From: an uncultured Pelagibacteraceae bacterium
GTDB lineage: Bacteria; Pseudomonadota; Alphaproteobacteria; Pelagibacterales; AG-422-B15
Length of the DNA stretch: 64,000 nt
Assembly (NCBI GenBank): GCA_902570675.1
Contig: CACFYZ010000001.1
Location: 22,955 to 86,954, forward strand
Reading direction: 5' to 3'
Shown here in pieces: positions 18,722-29,002 of the stretch. The notes below the pieces were generated by a model. The model searched no databases. It saw only the letters and a program-made list of their open reading frames with translations, and was not told the origin of the DNA. How positions within the stretch are numbered: position 1 is the stretch's first letter; each line of letters opens with the position of its first letter. The translations under genes were made by a program, and so were the position numbers.

Positions 18722-19138
18722 ATGAGTGATAAAGAACTTATTAAGAGTTTAATAGAAGAACACAAAATGGAACCTCATCCTGAGGGTGGACATTATGTTG
18801 AGATTTTTAGAAATGACGATGTCACTCATATATATTTTTTATTAGAAGAACATGAAAACTCTCACTGGCACAGAATAACAAAAACGGAAACGTTACACTT
18901 TTACTCTGGCAGTCCTCTCAACATTTACACGTCAAGAGATGGGGTAGAATTTCAAATTGATGAGATAGGATCAAATAATAATTTTATGTATACTGTAGAA
19001 AAAGGTACTTGGTTTGCTCTAAAATCTACTGGTTCTTATAGCTTGATTGGTTGTACGGTCGCGCCTGCCTTTCAATTTGAAGACTTAGAACTTGCTCCAA
19101 AGGATTGGAAACCGTCTACATTTAATCAGCAGCTTTAA
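18722..19138 (+). CDS. Cupin superfamily protein (DUF985)
   Basis: MEPHPEGGHYVEIFR N-terminal motif and a size typical of the DUF985 cupin family. Confidence 0.7.
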   Translation: MSDKELIKSLIEEHKMEPHPEGGHYVEIFRNDDVTHIYFLLEEHENSHWHRITKTETLHFYSGSPLNIYTSRDGVEFQIDEIGSNNNFMYTVEKGTWFALKSTGSYSLIGCTVAPAFQFEDLELAPKDWKPSTFNQQL

Positions 19139-19193
19139 ATAGTTCGTAAGAAATCTTCTTGATGTTGAATTGGATCAAATTATTTAATTTGAA

Positions 19194-19649
19194 GTGACTA
19201 AAAAGAATTCGCTCTACATATTGATAATTGGTTTATTCATCTTTGGCTTATATTTTATGATGATGCCCAACAACAATAATACACTGAATAGAGTTGATAT
19301 TGTAAATGCTGAGGCATCTGCAGCTGTAGTGTCTCTCTATCAAAATAATTGTGCCTCGTGCCATGGCAAAAATTTACAAGGACAGATTGGTTGGCAGAAT
19401 AAACTTGATGATGACGGACATCGACTTGCGCCTCCGCTAAATGGCACGGCTCATACCTGGCATCATTCACCAGAATATTTATATAGAGTAATAAAGTATG
19501 GCTTCACGAGTTTTGATCCAAATTATGAAGGAAAAATGCTAGGTAATTCAAGTCTTTCTGATGAGGAGGTTTGGCAGTTGGTAACTTATATGAAAGAAAT
19601 ATGGCCTAGTGAAATCCAGGAAGTTTATGAGAATAGATTTGGCCTGTAG
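19194..19649 (+). CDS. Membrane-anchored mono-haem c-type cytochrome
   Basis: N-terminal TM helix and a single CASCH haem-binding motif. GTG start. Confidence 0.8.
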   Translation: MTKKNSLYILIIGLFIFGLYFMMMPNNNNTLNRVDIVNAEASAAVVSLYQNNCASCHGKNLQGQIGWQNKLDDDGHRLAPPLNGTAHTWHHSPEYLYRVIKYGFTSFDPNYEGKMLGNSSLSDEEVWQLVTYMKEIWPSEIQEVYENRFGL

Positions 19650-19661
19650 GAAACTCAATTA

Positions 19662-19817
19662 TTAGAAATCTGATGTAATTCCCTTTTTTTCCCAATCACC
19701 AAAGCGTGTTGGCTCAGGACCGTCAGCCCCACCTATTTCCTTTTTCTTTTTAGGGAGTTTCGAAGCAGTTTTCTTATCTTTTATAACCTCAGCAGTATCA
19801 GATTTTTTATCATTCAT
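19662..19817 (-). CDS. DUF1674 family protein (SDHAF4-like)
   Basis: C-terminal EIGGADGPEPTRFGDWEKKGITSDF is the DUF1674 signature. ORF track starts at 19874, but Met20 (19817) is the likely start. Confidence 0.75.
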   Translation of the reverse strand: MNDKKSDTAEVIKDKKTASKLPKKKKEIGGADGPEPTRFGDWEKKGITSDF

Positions 19818-19914
19818 AATAATTAAATTAATCTTAAATTTTGAATTTTCAAAGCATGAAAACTGTGGAAACAAATAAGGTTTCTGTTATACAGAGAAAT
19901 AATGCTTCTTAAAC

Positions 19915-20571
19915 ATGTCGGTTAAAATATCACCTTCTATTCTAGCATCTGATTTTTCATCATTAGGCGAAGAAGTCGTTAATATTACAAAAGCAGGTGC
20001 TGACTATATTCACGTTGATGTGATGGATGGACACTTCGTTCCAAACTTAACCATTGGCCCTGATATTGTAAAATCAATTAGAGATAAATCCACACTTCCA
20101 TTTGATGTACATTTAATGATTGATCCTGTTCAACCGTATATTGAAAAATTTATCGACTCAGGTGCTGATATTGTCTCGGTTCACCCTGAAGCTAATGACG
20201 ATACGCAAGCCTGTATAGATAAAATTAAGTCACTAAATGTGAAGGCGGGGCTTGCAATCAATCCTGATACAGAATGGGAAGTAGTTAAACCCTATCTGGA
20301 TCAATTAGATCTCATTCTCGTGATGAGCGTACACCCAGGTTTTGGCGGACAGAAATTTATTCCAACCGCACTTGATAAACTTGAAAAGCTTCGAAAGGAA
20401 ATTGATCAGTCAGGCAGAGAGATTGATTTAGAAATCGATGGTGGAATCAATTTTGAGAATATTCAATCTGTCATTGACGCTGGAGCAAATATGATTGTCG
20501 CGGGCACAACAACCTTCAAAGGTGGTCCTAGTGAATACGCAAATAATATTGAAAGGTTAAGAGGCCATTAA
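19915..20571 (+). CDS. rpe: Ribulose-phosphate 3-epimerase
   Basis: 218 aa with ISPSILASDF, HVDVMDGHFVPNLT and VMSVHPGFGGQKFI motifs. Confidence 0.95.
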   Translation: MSVKISPSILASDFSSLGEEVVNITKAGADYIHVDVMDGHFVPNLTIGPDIVKSIRDKSTLPFDVHLMIDPVQPYIEKFIDSGADIVSVHPEANDDTQACIDKIKSLNVKAGLAINPDTEWEVVKPYLDQLDLILVMSVHPGFGGQKFIPTALDKLEKLRKEIDQSGREIDLEIDGGINFENIQSVIDAGANMIVAGTTTFKGGPSEYANNIERLRGH

Positions 20572-20572
20572 G

Positions 20573-22138
20573 TTGGATATAAAAATAAAAACTGCCTTAA
20601 TATCTGTTTCTGATAAATCAAATTTAGAGAAAATTGTTCAGTTTCTGAAAGAGCATAAAGTTAAAATTATTTCAACAGGAGGTACAGCAAAGTCAATTGC
20701 TGATCTGGGGATTGAAGTCACCGACGTTGCCTCTATAACTAATTTTCCTGAAATGATGGATGGACGTGTTAAAACTTTACACCCAAATGTGCACGGTGGA
20801 TTACTGTCTAAAAGAGACGATAAAGGTCATGTCCAATCACAAGAGGACCATGGGATTGAAGATATCGATTTGATAATTGTGAATCTATACCCCTTCGAGG
20901 AAACAATAAAATCGACAGAAAACGAGGATATTTGTATTGAAAATATAGATATCGGCGGACCTGCGATGTTGCGGTCAGCAGCAAAAAATCACAATTTTGT
21001 AACAGTTGTTACTGAGACAAATGATTATGACAACCTGATTGATGAAATGAAAAAGAACAATGGCTCGACAACTCTAGCTTTTAGAAAAAAACTAGCTGCA
21101 AAGACGTTCTCAACTACGGCGTACTATGACTCCCTGATTAGTAATTGGTTTTATCAAAATTCAAACGATCAATCAGAAAAATTTTCTACTGCTGGACAGT
21201 TATCATCAGTCCTTCGCTATGGTGAGAACCCGCATCAGGAAGCCAGTCTGTATAAGTCAGCTCTGCAATCATCAGGTATTCCTCACGCAACTTTGTTACA
21301 AGGAAAAGAACTAAGTTATAACAATATTAATGATGCTGATGCTGCCCTTCAATTAATAAAAGAGTTTGATGAAACAATCCCAACCGTTGCGATTATCAAA
21401 CATGCAAATCCATGTGGAGTTGCAAGTGGGGCTTCATTGCATGATGCCTATGCGAGAGCTTTGTCGTGTGATACTACTAGTGCTTTTGGTGGTATTGTTG
21501 CACTCAATCAAACAATTGATAGAAAAACTGCAAGTGAAATAATAAAAATATTTACGGAAGTTATTATCGCGCCCGAAATATCAGATGAAGCTAAAGAAAT
21601 CTTTAAAACAAAAAATAATTTACGTCTTTTGGTTTTGTCAGCAATGCATGAAGTCAATAAATCTCGAAATTATAAGAGTATTGAGGGAGGCATTTTGATC
21701 CAAACAAACGATAATAAAGAAACAAATTCTGCTGATTTAAAGACTGTTACAGAAAAAATACCTACCCCTAGCCAGATTGAAGATATGTTGTTTGCCTTTA
21801 AAGTTTGCAAGCATGTAAAGTCGAATGCGATTATTTATGTTAAAAACAAAAAAACTATTGGCATTGGTGCTGGCCAAATGAGTCGAATTGATAGTGCTAA
21901 AATTGCCTCACAAAAAAATAATGAAATGGATCCATCAGATGAGAACTCACTTGAAAGTTCAGTGGTCGCGTCAGATGCTTTTTTTCCATTTGCCGACGGC
22001 TTGTTGGTAGCAATTTCATACGGGGCCAAGGCTGTTATTCAGCCAGGGGGCTCGGTCAAAGACGATGAGGTCATTAAAGCGGCAAATGAGGCTGGTATAT
22101 CAATGGTCTTTACAGGAACCCGTCATTTCAGGCATTAG
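20573..22138 (+). CDS. purH: Bifunctional AICAR transformylase / IMP cyclohydrolase
   Basis: 521 aa. MGS-like N-domain (ALISVSDK..., GRVKTLHP) and DIGGPAMLRSAAKNH. TTG start 1 nt after the rpe stop. Confidence 0.95.
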   Translation: MDIKIKTALISVSDKSNLEKIVQFLKEHKVKIISTGGTAKSIADLGIEVTDVASITNFPEMMDGRVKTLHPNVHGGLLSKRDDKGHVQSQEDHGIEDIDLIIVNLYPFEETIKSTENEDICIENIDIGGPAMLRSAAKNHNFVTVVTETNDYDNLIDEMKKNNGSTTLAFRKKLAAKTFSTTAYYDSLISNWFYQNSNDQSEKFSTAGQLSSVLRYGENPHQEASLYKSALQSSGIPHATLLQGKELSYNNINDADAALQLIKEFDETIPTVAIIKHANPCGVASGASLHDAYARALSCDTTSAFGGIVALNQTIDRKTASEIIKIFTEVIIAPEISDEAKEIFKTKNNLRLLVLSAMHEVNKSRNYKSIEGGILIQTNDNKETNSADLKTVTEKIPTPSQIEDMLFAFKVCKHVKSNAIIYVKNKKTIGIGAGQMSRIDSAKIASQKNNEMDPSDENSLESSVVASDAFFPFADGLLVAISYGAKAVIQPGGSVKDDEVIKAANEAGISMVFTGTRHFRH

Positions 22139-22727
22139 CTTTTCCCAATAAATAGGAGAATACTGGAAAAAATAAAAATATTAAAAGTGCAAAATTCCAT
22201 TCTATAATATTCTCATATTTTGCATTGTCTAAAGGCAGAATGAACAAATAAGAGACCAAGCAAACCAAATACAAGAAGATAAGTATATACAAAATATTTT
22301 TAGCTTTAATCTTTTCGTTTGAAATAGAAATTGCTAGCCAGACCTGACACACTGGGGTGAGTATAAAAAATACAAATATTCCTATCTCCCTCATAAACCT
22401 ATAGATATTGCCATCAAAGCCAAGAGCAATCAGGTAAACAATTAAAAAGACACTGGAAACTATAGCAAGACTAAAAAGAAAATTACTTTTGTGTATATAA
22501 ATATTTATTTGATACCAAAAAATAATTAACAGGATTACAGATGGAATAATAAATAGTTTATATAAATAAAAAGAAATACCGTATCTACCAACCTTACTGA
22601 TTGATGTGCAACCGTCTAGTAACGGCATACACCAATCAACGAACCCTCCAAAAGAAGAAATAAAATATGAAATAATAACTGTTAATACAGGGACTAAAAA
22701 AACAAACTGAGGTATAATTTTGTTCAA
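22128..22727 (-). CDS. Hypothetical polytopic membrane protein
   Basis: 199 aa, about 6 predicted hydrophobic helices, no motif I can name. 3' end overlaps the purH stop by 11 nt (convergent). Confidence 0.5.
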   Translation of the reverse strand: MNKIIPQFVFLVPVLTVIISYFISSFGGFVDWCMPLLDGCTSISKVGRYGISFYLYKLFIIPSVILLIIFWYQINIYIHKSNFLFSLAIVSSVFLIVYLIALGFDGNIYRFMREIGIFVFFILTPVCQVWLAISISNEKIKAKNILYILIFLYLVCLVSYLFILPLDNAKYENIIEWNFALLIFLFFPVFSYLLGKANA

Positions 22728-22730
22728 TTT

Positions 22731-23231
22731 TTAATTGTTACTTTTTTGCTTTTTAATAATTCCATAAATTAGTATTACAGTGGAAATTCCAATCGCGAGC
22801 CACTTCAAGGAAGTCGATGTACTCGTATAAAAAATATTTTGTACAGAGATTGATGGAAAGTTAGAAAGATGAAAACTGATTTGAATATTTTCCATAATAT
22901 CAAAAATAGCTGCAGCTATCGGAAAAATATAAGTATAAGAATTATTTTTGAATAATTTTACATAAGCACCCAAAAAGAGAGAAACATACAATAATGGATA
23001 GACCGTATCTAAAATTAATGCTGAAAAATAATATACTCGTCTACCCTCATCTCCAATGGCGTTAAAACTTTTAAGTAATATTTCCTCATTATAAGAAAAT
23101 TTCAAATCAAGCATATTCCAAAAAATATTGTGAGGCAGTATAAAAAAAAGTAGACCGCAAATATTAAGCAAAACAAAAATGATTATTTGAGATTTGGTTA
23201 AAGAAACTAAATTAAGATATCTCCTAATCAT
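22731..23231 (-). CDS. Hypothetical membrane protein
   Basis: 166 aa, 4-5 hydrophobic segments. Lies 3 nt upstream of the previous ORF and overlaps the MFS gene stop by 4 nt. Confidence 0.5.
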   Translation of the reverse strand: MIRRYLNLVSLTKSQIIIFVLLNICGLLFFILPHNIFWNMLDLKFSYNEEILLKSFNAIGDEGRRVYYFSALILDTVYPLLYVSLFLGAYVKLFKNNSYTYIFPIAAAIFDIMENIQISFHLSNFPSISVQNIFYTSTSTSLKWLAIGISTVILIYGIIKKQKSNN

Positions 23232-24571
23232 TTTTCTGAAACAAAATACATACCGATAATGCCGATCAAATTAAAAAACATAATTGAAATCATTGCGTAT
23301 TGAAGGCTGTCTGTGAAAGCAAGAATTAATGACATTATTCCAGGAACAAGCCAAGCGGTTGATTTACCAGCAAAGGCATAGAGACCAAAAAATTCTGTCA
23401 TTTTTTCTTGTGGAGCAAGTTTAATCATTAATGCACGTGAAGCAGTTTGAGCAGGACCATAAAAAATTGAAATACCAATAACAACACAAATATAAGTGAC
23501 CTGACTTACGGAATTAAATATTCCAAAAGTGAATTCTTCTACACTTGATGAATATTCATTAACTGTGAAGAAAAAAAATATTGTGTCTTTATCAATTGAT
23601 ATTCCTAAAACTCCTGAGAGAAATAACCCCCACAGAGATAAGTTTATCACATTTTTTGATCCGATTAGGTCGTTTAAATAACCCCCATAAATTGAACTTG
23701 GTCCTGATAATACATTTAAGATAATGCCAAGTATTAAAACCTGTGTGAGCGACATTCCAACAACAAGGCTTGCGTAAACACCTCCGACTACAAATAGAGC
23801 ATTAAGGGCATCTTGATAAAACATTCTGGTGATCAAAAATATAAATATATTTTTGTACTTTCTAGCTTCCTTAAATGTTTTAATAAAATTTGTAAGTCCA
23901 ATCTTAATTGAATTAATTACAGTAACATTATTTTTTTTCAAATCAGGGGTAAAAAGAAATAACGGAATAATAAAGACCGCGTACCAAATAGCGCTTAGGG
24001 GTCCGACAATTCTTATGTGTTCATATTCACTCGTATTCAAACCATAGAGACTTTCAGTTTCACCACCCGGCCATACAAATATTATTAAAAATAAAATTAA
24101 TGCGATGAGACCTGCTATGTAACCAACCCCATAACCCATACCGCTTAGCCAACCAGAATTCTCAGGAGTTTCGATAGTTGATAAAACTGAGTTATTGAAT
24201 ACCTCAGAAAATCCAACCATAGAAGATGCAAGTATTAAACCAAACATGACTAACCAAATACCATCCGGTGCACCTGGGGGTGAGTACCAAAGCAATGCCA
24301 TACCAAGTACAAATAATGCAGATGTTATTCCCATTAATATTTTTCGATTTCCCTTTATGTCTGTAATGGATCCAAGAACAGGGCTTAGGACGGCAATAGC
24401 TAAGCCTGAAATTGTTTGTGTAAGTGTTAATTTTTGAGCACCATCTGCACCAACGATAAACACATCGGTAAAGTAAACAGAAAAAACGAACGTCATGATT
24501 AATGTATAGAAAGGCTGATTTGCAAAATCAAACATGGTCCATGAATATCTAGCCAATCCTGAAGCTTTCAT
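23228..24571 (-). CDS. MFS transporter, UMF1/Atg22-like family
   Basis: About 12 TM helices. The N-terminus ...YSWTMFDFANQPFYTLIMTFVFSVYF resembles the Atg22/UMF1 signature (W..YD.AN..F). ORF track starts at 24589; Met7 at 24571 is equally possible. Confidence 0.7.
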   Translation of the reverse strand: MKASGLARYSWTMFDFANQPFYTLIMTFVFSVYFTDVFIVGADGAQKLTLTQTISGLAIAVLSPVLGSITDIKGNRKILMGITSALFVLGMALLWYSPPGAPDGIWLVMFGLILASSMVGFSEVFNNSVLSTIETPENSGWLSGMGYGVGYIAGLIALILFLIIFVWPGGETESLYGLNTSEYEHIRIVGPLSAIWYAVFIIPLFLFTPDLKKNNVTVINSIKIGLTNFIKTFKEARKYKNIFIFLITRMFYQDALNALFVVGGVYASLVVGMSLTQVLILGIILNVLSGPSSIYGGYLNDLIGSKNVINLSLWGLFLSGVLGISIDKDTIFFFFTVNEYSSSVEEFTFGIFNSVSQVTYICVVIGISIFYGPAQTASRALMIKLAPQEKMTEFFGLYAFAGKSTAWLVPGIMSLILAFTDSLQYAMISIMFFNLIGIIGMYFVSEK

Positions 24572-24627
24572 AGAAATCACTCTATACAATTGCGAGAGAT
24601 AAGTATTTGAAATTTTAATTGATGTAC

Positions 24628-24702
24628 TGGAGCGAGTGAAGGGAGTCGAACCCTCGACCTAAACGTTGGCAACGTTTCGCTCTACCACTGAGCTACACTC
24701 GC
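24628..24702 (-). tRNA. tRNA-Gly (anticodon GCC), CCA encoded
   Basis: Reverse complement GCGAGTGTAGCTCAGTGGTAGAGCGAAACGTTGCCAACGTTTAGGTCGAGGGTTCGACTCCCTTCACTCGCTCCA folds as a cloverleaf. It has a 7-bp acceptor, GCTC/GAGC D stem, AAACG/CGTTT anticodon stem, loop TTGCCAA, and a T arm with TTCGACT. Confidence 0.95.
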
Positions 24703-24795
24703 GTAAAAGGAGTCTTCTAATAGAAAAACCCTTGTTTTTCAAGATAAGCAGATTATTTAACTTATAGATAAAATATAGTATTATTAGATACACAA

Positions 24796-25452
24796 ATGAA
24801 AAATTTAAATATTCAGGATCTGTCAAAAAAAATCCCTATTTTTCCGCTAACAGGCGCAGTTTTATTTCCAGGAACTCAGCTTCCCCTTAATATTTTTGAG
24901 CCCCGATATGTCCAAATGATAGATGATGCACTTGCTTCACCATCTAGATTACTAGGCATGATACAACCTGGTAAGCCAAATCAGTCATCTGATAACAAAG
25001 TATTGAAAAAAGTTGGATGTCTTGGTCGTATTTCCTCATTCAATGAGGCTGAGGATAGCCGCTATCTCATCACATTATCTGGAGTTGTACGATTTGAAGT
25101 TGAAGAAGAATTAGATGTTACAACTCCCTATAGACAGATTATAGCAAACTATGATGGATATAAATTAGATATGGAGAAACAAAATGTTGAGAGCATTGAC
25201 CGATCAAAACTCTTAGCTCTTGTTAAACGTTATTTAGAACATAGAAAAATTTTAGCTGACTGGGAAATTATCCAACAAACACCAACTGAACAGTTAATCA
25301 ATTATTCTGGAATACTAGTGCCTTTTACCCCGGAAGAAAAACAGCTTCTACTCGAAGCAAAAAGTATAACTACCCGAAGCCACGCACTTGAAGCTCTATA
25401 TCAATCATACATTTTTGATATGTCTGGTGAAAAAAGTGATCAACTTCATTAA
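24796..25452 (+). CDS. LON substrate-binding (Lon N-terminal) domain protein
   Basis: IPIFPLTGAVLFPGTQLPLNIFEPRY is the classic Lon-N domain start. 218 aa with no ATPase or protease part. Confidence 0.85.
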   Translation: MKNLNIQDLSKKIPIFPLTGAVLFPGTQLPLNIFEPRYVQMIDDALASPSRLLGMIQPGKPNQSSDNKVLKKVGCLGRISSFNEAEDSRYLITLSGVVRFEVEEELDVTTPYRQIIANYDGYKLDMEKQNVESIDRSKLLALVKRYLEHRKILADWEIIQQTPTEQLINYSGILVPFTPEEKQLLLEAKSITTRSHALEALYQSYIFDMSGEKSDQLH

Positions 25453-26618
25453 AGGGAGTTAAAATATTTTTTTCCTGTAGCACTACCAACAAACAATTTC
25501 TTTATAAAGTTATTTTTTTGCAAATAACTTATTCCTTTTCGAGAAACTGCATTTACTAATTTATTTTGCGTTGATAAAATTTCTTCTAAAGCAAGTGTAC
25601 CAAATGAATAAACAGTATTATCAACTTTCCTTTCAACATCATAGTCTTCAAATATAAGACTACTATTTATTTCATATCCAATAGATTTGTAATTCTTCAC
25701 AAGTTTTACAAATAAAGAAATATCTTTGATGCTTAAATTTAATCCTTGGCCAGCAATAGGGTGAATATTGTGTGCAATGTTACCTATCAAAACAGTTTTA
25801 TTAGAGTATAATTTTCTCGAAAAACTAAATTTGAGTTTGTGTTTTTCTACATCAACTATCTCGAGTGGTTGGCAAAAATTATTAAGTTTTTTGTTTATTA
25901 TTTTTTCAAGGTCAGACTTATTCATAGAAACAAACGGAGAGTCATCTCTTACAGACCAAACAATTGACGCTTCATTTTTTTCATACGGCAGAAAAGCGAT
26001 CGGACCATCCGATGAAAATTTTTGGTAGGCACATCCCTCACTTTGACCTTGACCTATCACTCTAACAGATAAGGCTATTTGATTAAAATCATGACTAACA
26101 AATTTAATATTTAAATTTCTGTTCATTTCGTGGTTATTTGATGACGATAATATGAATACTTTGGCTCGAATAGAATTCTTGCTTTCCATAAAAATTTCTA
26201 CATTCATGGAAGCATCATTAATTTTAATAGGAGTTTCATCTTTGATAATTGTAATATTTTTTAATTTCGATAATTCTTCATCAAACATACCTTCCAGAAT
26301 ATTATTAGGTATAATTTTTCCAAGAGAATTTGATTTATTATCGGTAAATTCAATAAATTCCTCTTTAGAACCCGTTGAGTTAGTCAAGGAACAGTTTAGT
26401 TTTTGGATCGCGGTATAATTATTAATATTAGCGGGATTTGATACCAGTGTTGTTAAATAGTTAATTGAGCCTTCTGACAAAAAAGTCACAAGATTTGAAT
26501 TTTTTGAGAATTTTTTTTTGTCCTGAATAATACAAACCTTAAACCCTTCTTTTAAAAGGGAGACTGCTGCAATTTTCGCAGAAATTCCTGCGCCATAGAA
26601 AACAAAGTCAAAATCCAT
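25449..26618 (-). CDS. FAD-dependent monooxygenase, UbiH/UbiF/Coq6-like
   Basis: N-terminal dinucleotide fold (FVFYGAGISAKIAA) and the LIGNIAHNIHPIAGQGLNLSIKDI motif of ubiquinone-biosynthesis hydroxylases. Confidence 0.75.
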   Translation of the reverse strand: MDFDFVFYGAGISAKIAAVSLLKEGFKVCIIQDKKKFSKNSNLVTFLSEGSINYLTTLVSNPANINNYTAIQKLNCSLTNSTGSKEEFIEFTDNKSNSLGKIIPNNILEGMFDEELSKLKNITIIKDETPIKINDASMNVEIFMESKNSIRAKVFILSSSNNHEMNRNLNIKFVSHDFNQIALSVRVIGQGQSEGCAYQKFSSDGPIAFLPYEKNEASIVWSVRDDSPFVSMNKSDLEKIINKKLNNFCQPLEIVDVEKHKLKFSFSRKLYSNKTVLIGNIAHNIHPIAGQGLNLSIKDISLFVKLVKNYKSIGYEINSSLIFEDYDVERKVDNTVYSFGTLALEEILSTQNKLVNAVSRKGISYLQKNNFIKKLFVGSATGKKYFNSL

Positions 26619-26722
26619 AATGTTTATATCAATTATTTAGTCAGTTAATTTATTAAGTAGTTATATAATAAGAAGATGAATCAATTGCTAATAAAAATTA
26701 CCTAAATTTAAATATATAAAAA

Positions 26723-29002
26723 ATGAAGCTTTTACCAGATTCAGTTAGATATTTTTTAATTAATAGACTTTTTGAAGTCGGTGGAGTTCTGTCAATTGTT
26801 TGTGGTTTATTTGTATTTGTATCAATTTTAACTTATTCACCTTATGATCCTAACTTTAATAACTTAACTTCATATGAAGTTTCTAATTTTGGTGGGATGA
26901 TTGGAGCTAATATCTCAGAGATATTACTTCAAGTATTCGGCTATAGTAGTCTTATCATCTGTATTGTCTTAGTTAGTTGGTCTTACAAACTGATTTTTGT
27001 TAAAAATTTAAGATTCTTTGGTTTGAACTTTTTATTCTTACCAATATCGATACTAATTTTATCAATTTTCTTTGAAACACTAAATTTGTTTAGGACAAAT
27101 GGTTTTGTTGCCGAGTCCATTATTAATTACCTGTACTCTAATGGACTCTCTTCGGATAGTTATATTTTTTATATTTTAATCTTTTCTGTACTAGTATTCT
27201 TATTGCTTTCAATCTTTCTAACTATGGGACTAAGCATAACTGAATGGAAAAATATTTTTAATTTAATTGGTCGCACCTTTTTTATTGGGATAAGATTCTT
27301 AGGAAGAATAACAAATTTAAAAACACCATCCTTTAATTTTTTAAAATATCGACCGGGGTCGCACAAATATAAAAGTGAAGTCAAAAACATTGAACCGAAG
27401 ATCGATTTTGATGTTTTAAAAGACCAGCCTGTTAATTCTTTTGCTGAGAACAATAAAGTAGAAGAAAATATTGTCACTCAGCAAGATGAGATATTTATTG
27501 ATGAAGATGTCTACAGGACACCAGAAATTGATATTCTCTCAAAGCCCGATGGAAGTAGTACAAAATTTATCAACCAAGAAGAGTTAAACTTAAATGCTGA
27601 AAAATTAAAAAATGTGCTGACAGATTTTAAAATCGATGGCGAAATTATAAAAGTTTCACCCGGACCAATAGTTACAATGTATGAACTTCAACCAGCGCCT
27701 GGCATAAAAGCCTCTAAAATTATTACATTGTCTGATGATATTGCCCGAAATATGAGTGCGATGTCAGCCAGAGTTGCTATCATTCCTGGCAAAAATGTTA
27801 TTGGAATCGAAATTCCAAATTCAGTAAAAAACCCAGTTTATTTAAGTGAACTTTTTAGAAATGAAAAATTTATTGCGAATGACAAAAATTTAATACTAGC
27901 TCTTGGTAAAGATATTAGTGGTAATGCTATTTTTGCTAATCTTGAAAATATGCCACATCTTTTAATCGCTGGAACAACTGGATCAGGAAAATCAGTCGGT
28001 ATTAATGTAATGATTACTTCAATATTGTATAAACATTCTCCTGACGACTGTAAGTTTATTCTCATAGACCCTAAAATGTTAGAGCTTTCAGTCTACGAGG
28101 GTGTACCCCACCTCATCACACCTGTTGTCACTGATCCAAAAAAAGCAATCGTCGCTTTAAAGTGGGTCGTAAGAGAAATGGAGTCTCGATATAAAAAGAT
28201 GTCTTTGTTAGGAGTTCGAAATATAGAAAATTACAATCTTAGAATAGCAGAGGCGATAAGAAAATCTGAAAAAATTATACGCTCTATTCCCTCTGGAATT
28301 AATCCTGAGACAGGGCAACCGCAAACACAGCAAATAGAAATTGAAAATAAAAAGATGCCTTTTATCGTGGTCGTGGTTGATGAAATGGCAGACCTGATGA
28401 TGGTTGCTGGCAAGGAAATTGAACACACAATTCAGAGATTATCACAAATGGCAAGAGCTGCAGGTATACACTTAATCATGGCAACCCAAAGACCAAGCGT
28501 GGATGTTATAACGGGAACTATAAAAGCAAATTTTCCAAGCAGAATTAGTTTTCAAGTCAGTTCAAAGTTTGATAGCAGAACAATTCTGGGTGATGAAGGA
28601 GCAGAACGACTTCTTGGTAAAGGAGATATGTTGATGATGACAGCAGGTGGTATAACAACAAGAATTCATGGGCCATTTATATCAGATAATGAAATTGAAA
28701 ATATTGTGAAATCCTTGCAGAAACAAGGTCGACCAGAATACGATGAGGAAATTTTAAAAGAAGATGAAGAAAATAATGATGTCTCAATTTTAAATGAAAA
28801 TGATAAGGATGCATTATTACAAGACTCACTTGAAATTATTAAAAAAGAAGGAAAGGCATCTACCAGCTTACTTCAAAGAAAATTACAAATAGGCTATAAC
28901 AGGGCTGCGAGGATTATGGATCAATTAGAAGAAGAAGGGTACATTGGTTCCGCAAACCACGTTGGTAAAAGAGAAATAAATTTTGATAAACTTAGCTCTT
29001 AA
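26723..29002 (+). CDS. ftsK: DNA translocase FtsK
   Basis: N-terminal TM helices, Walker A GTTGSGKS, Walker B VVVDEMADLM, and a C-terminal gamma winged helix LLQRKLQIGYNRAARIMDQLE. Confidence 0.95.
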   Translation: MKLLPDSVRYFLINRLFEVGGVLSIVCGLFVFVSILTYSPYDPNFNNLTSYEVSNFGGMIGANISEILLQVFGYSSLIICIVLVSWSYKLIFVKNLRFFGLNFLFLPISILILSIFFETLNLFRTNGFVAESIINYLYSNGLSSDSYIFYILIFSVLVFLLLSIFLTMGLSITEWKNIFNLIGRTFFIGIRFLGRITNLKTPSFNFLKYRPGSHKYKSEVKNIEPKIDFDVLKDQPVNSFAENNKVEENIVTQQDEIFIDEDVYRTPEIDILSKPDGSSTKFINQEELNLNAEKLKNVLTDFKIDGEIIKVSPGPIVTMYELQPAPGIKASKIITLSDDIARNMSAMSARVAIIPGKNVIGIEIPNSVKNPVYLSELFRNEKFIANDKNLILALGKDISGNAIFANLENMPHLLIAGTTGSGKSVGINVMITSILYKHSPDDCKFILIDPKMLELSVYEGVPHLITPVVTDPKKAIVALKWVVREMESRYKKMSLLGVRNIENYNLRIAEAIRKSEKIIRSIPSGINPETGQPQTQQIEIENKKMPFIVVVVDEMADLMMVAGKEIEHTIQRLSQMARAAGIHLIMATQRPSVDVITGTIKANFPSRISFQVSSKFDSRTILGDEGAERLLGKGDMLMMTAGGITTRIHGPFISDNEIENIVKSLQKQGRPEYDEEILKEDEENNDVSILNENDKDALLQDSLEIIKKEGKASTSLLQRKLQIGYNRAARIMDQLEEEGYIGSANHVGKREINFDKLSS

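Noticed and set aside
24590-24795. tRNA-Gly as an integration site for a genomic island
   Set aside because: No integrase, recombinase or phage gene flanks it, and I did not see a direct repeat of the tRNA 3' end nearby. The neighbours are an MFS operon and a Lon-N-domain gene with host-like composition.
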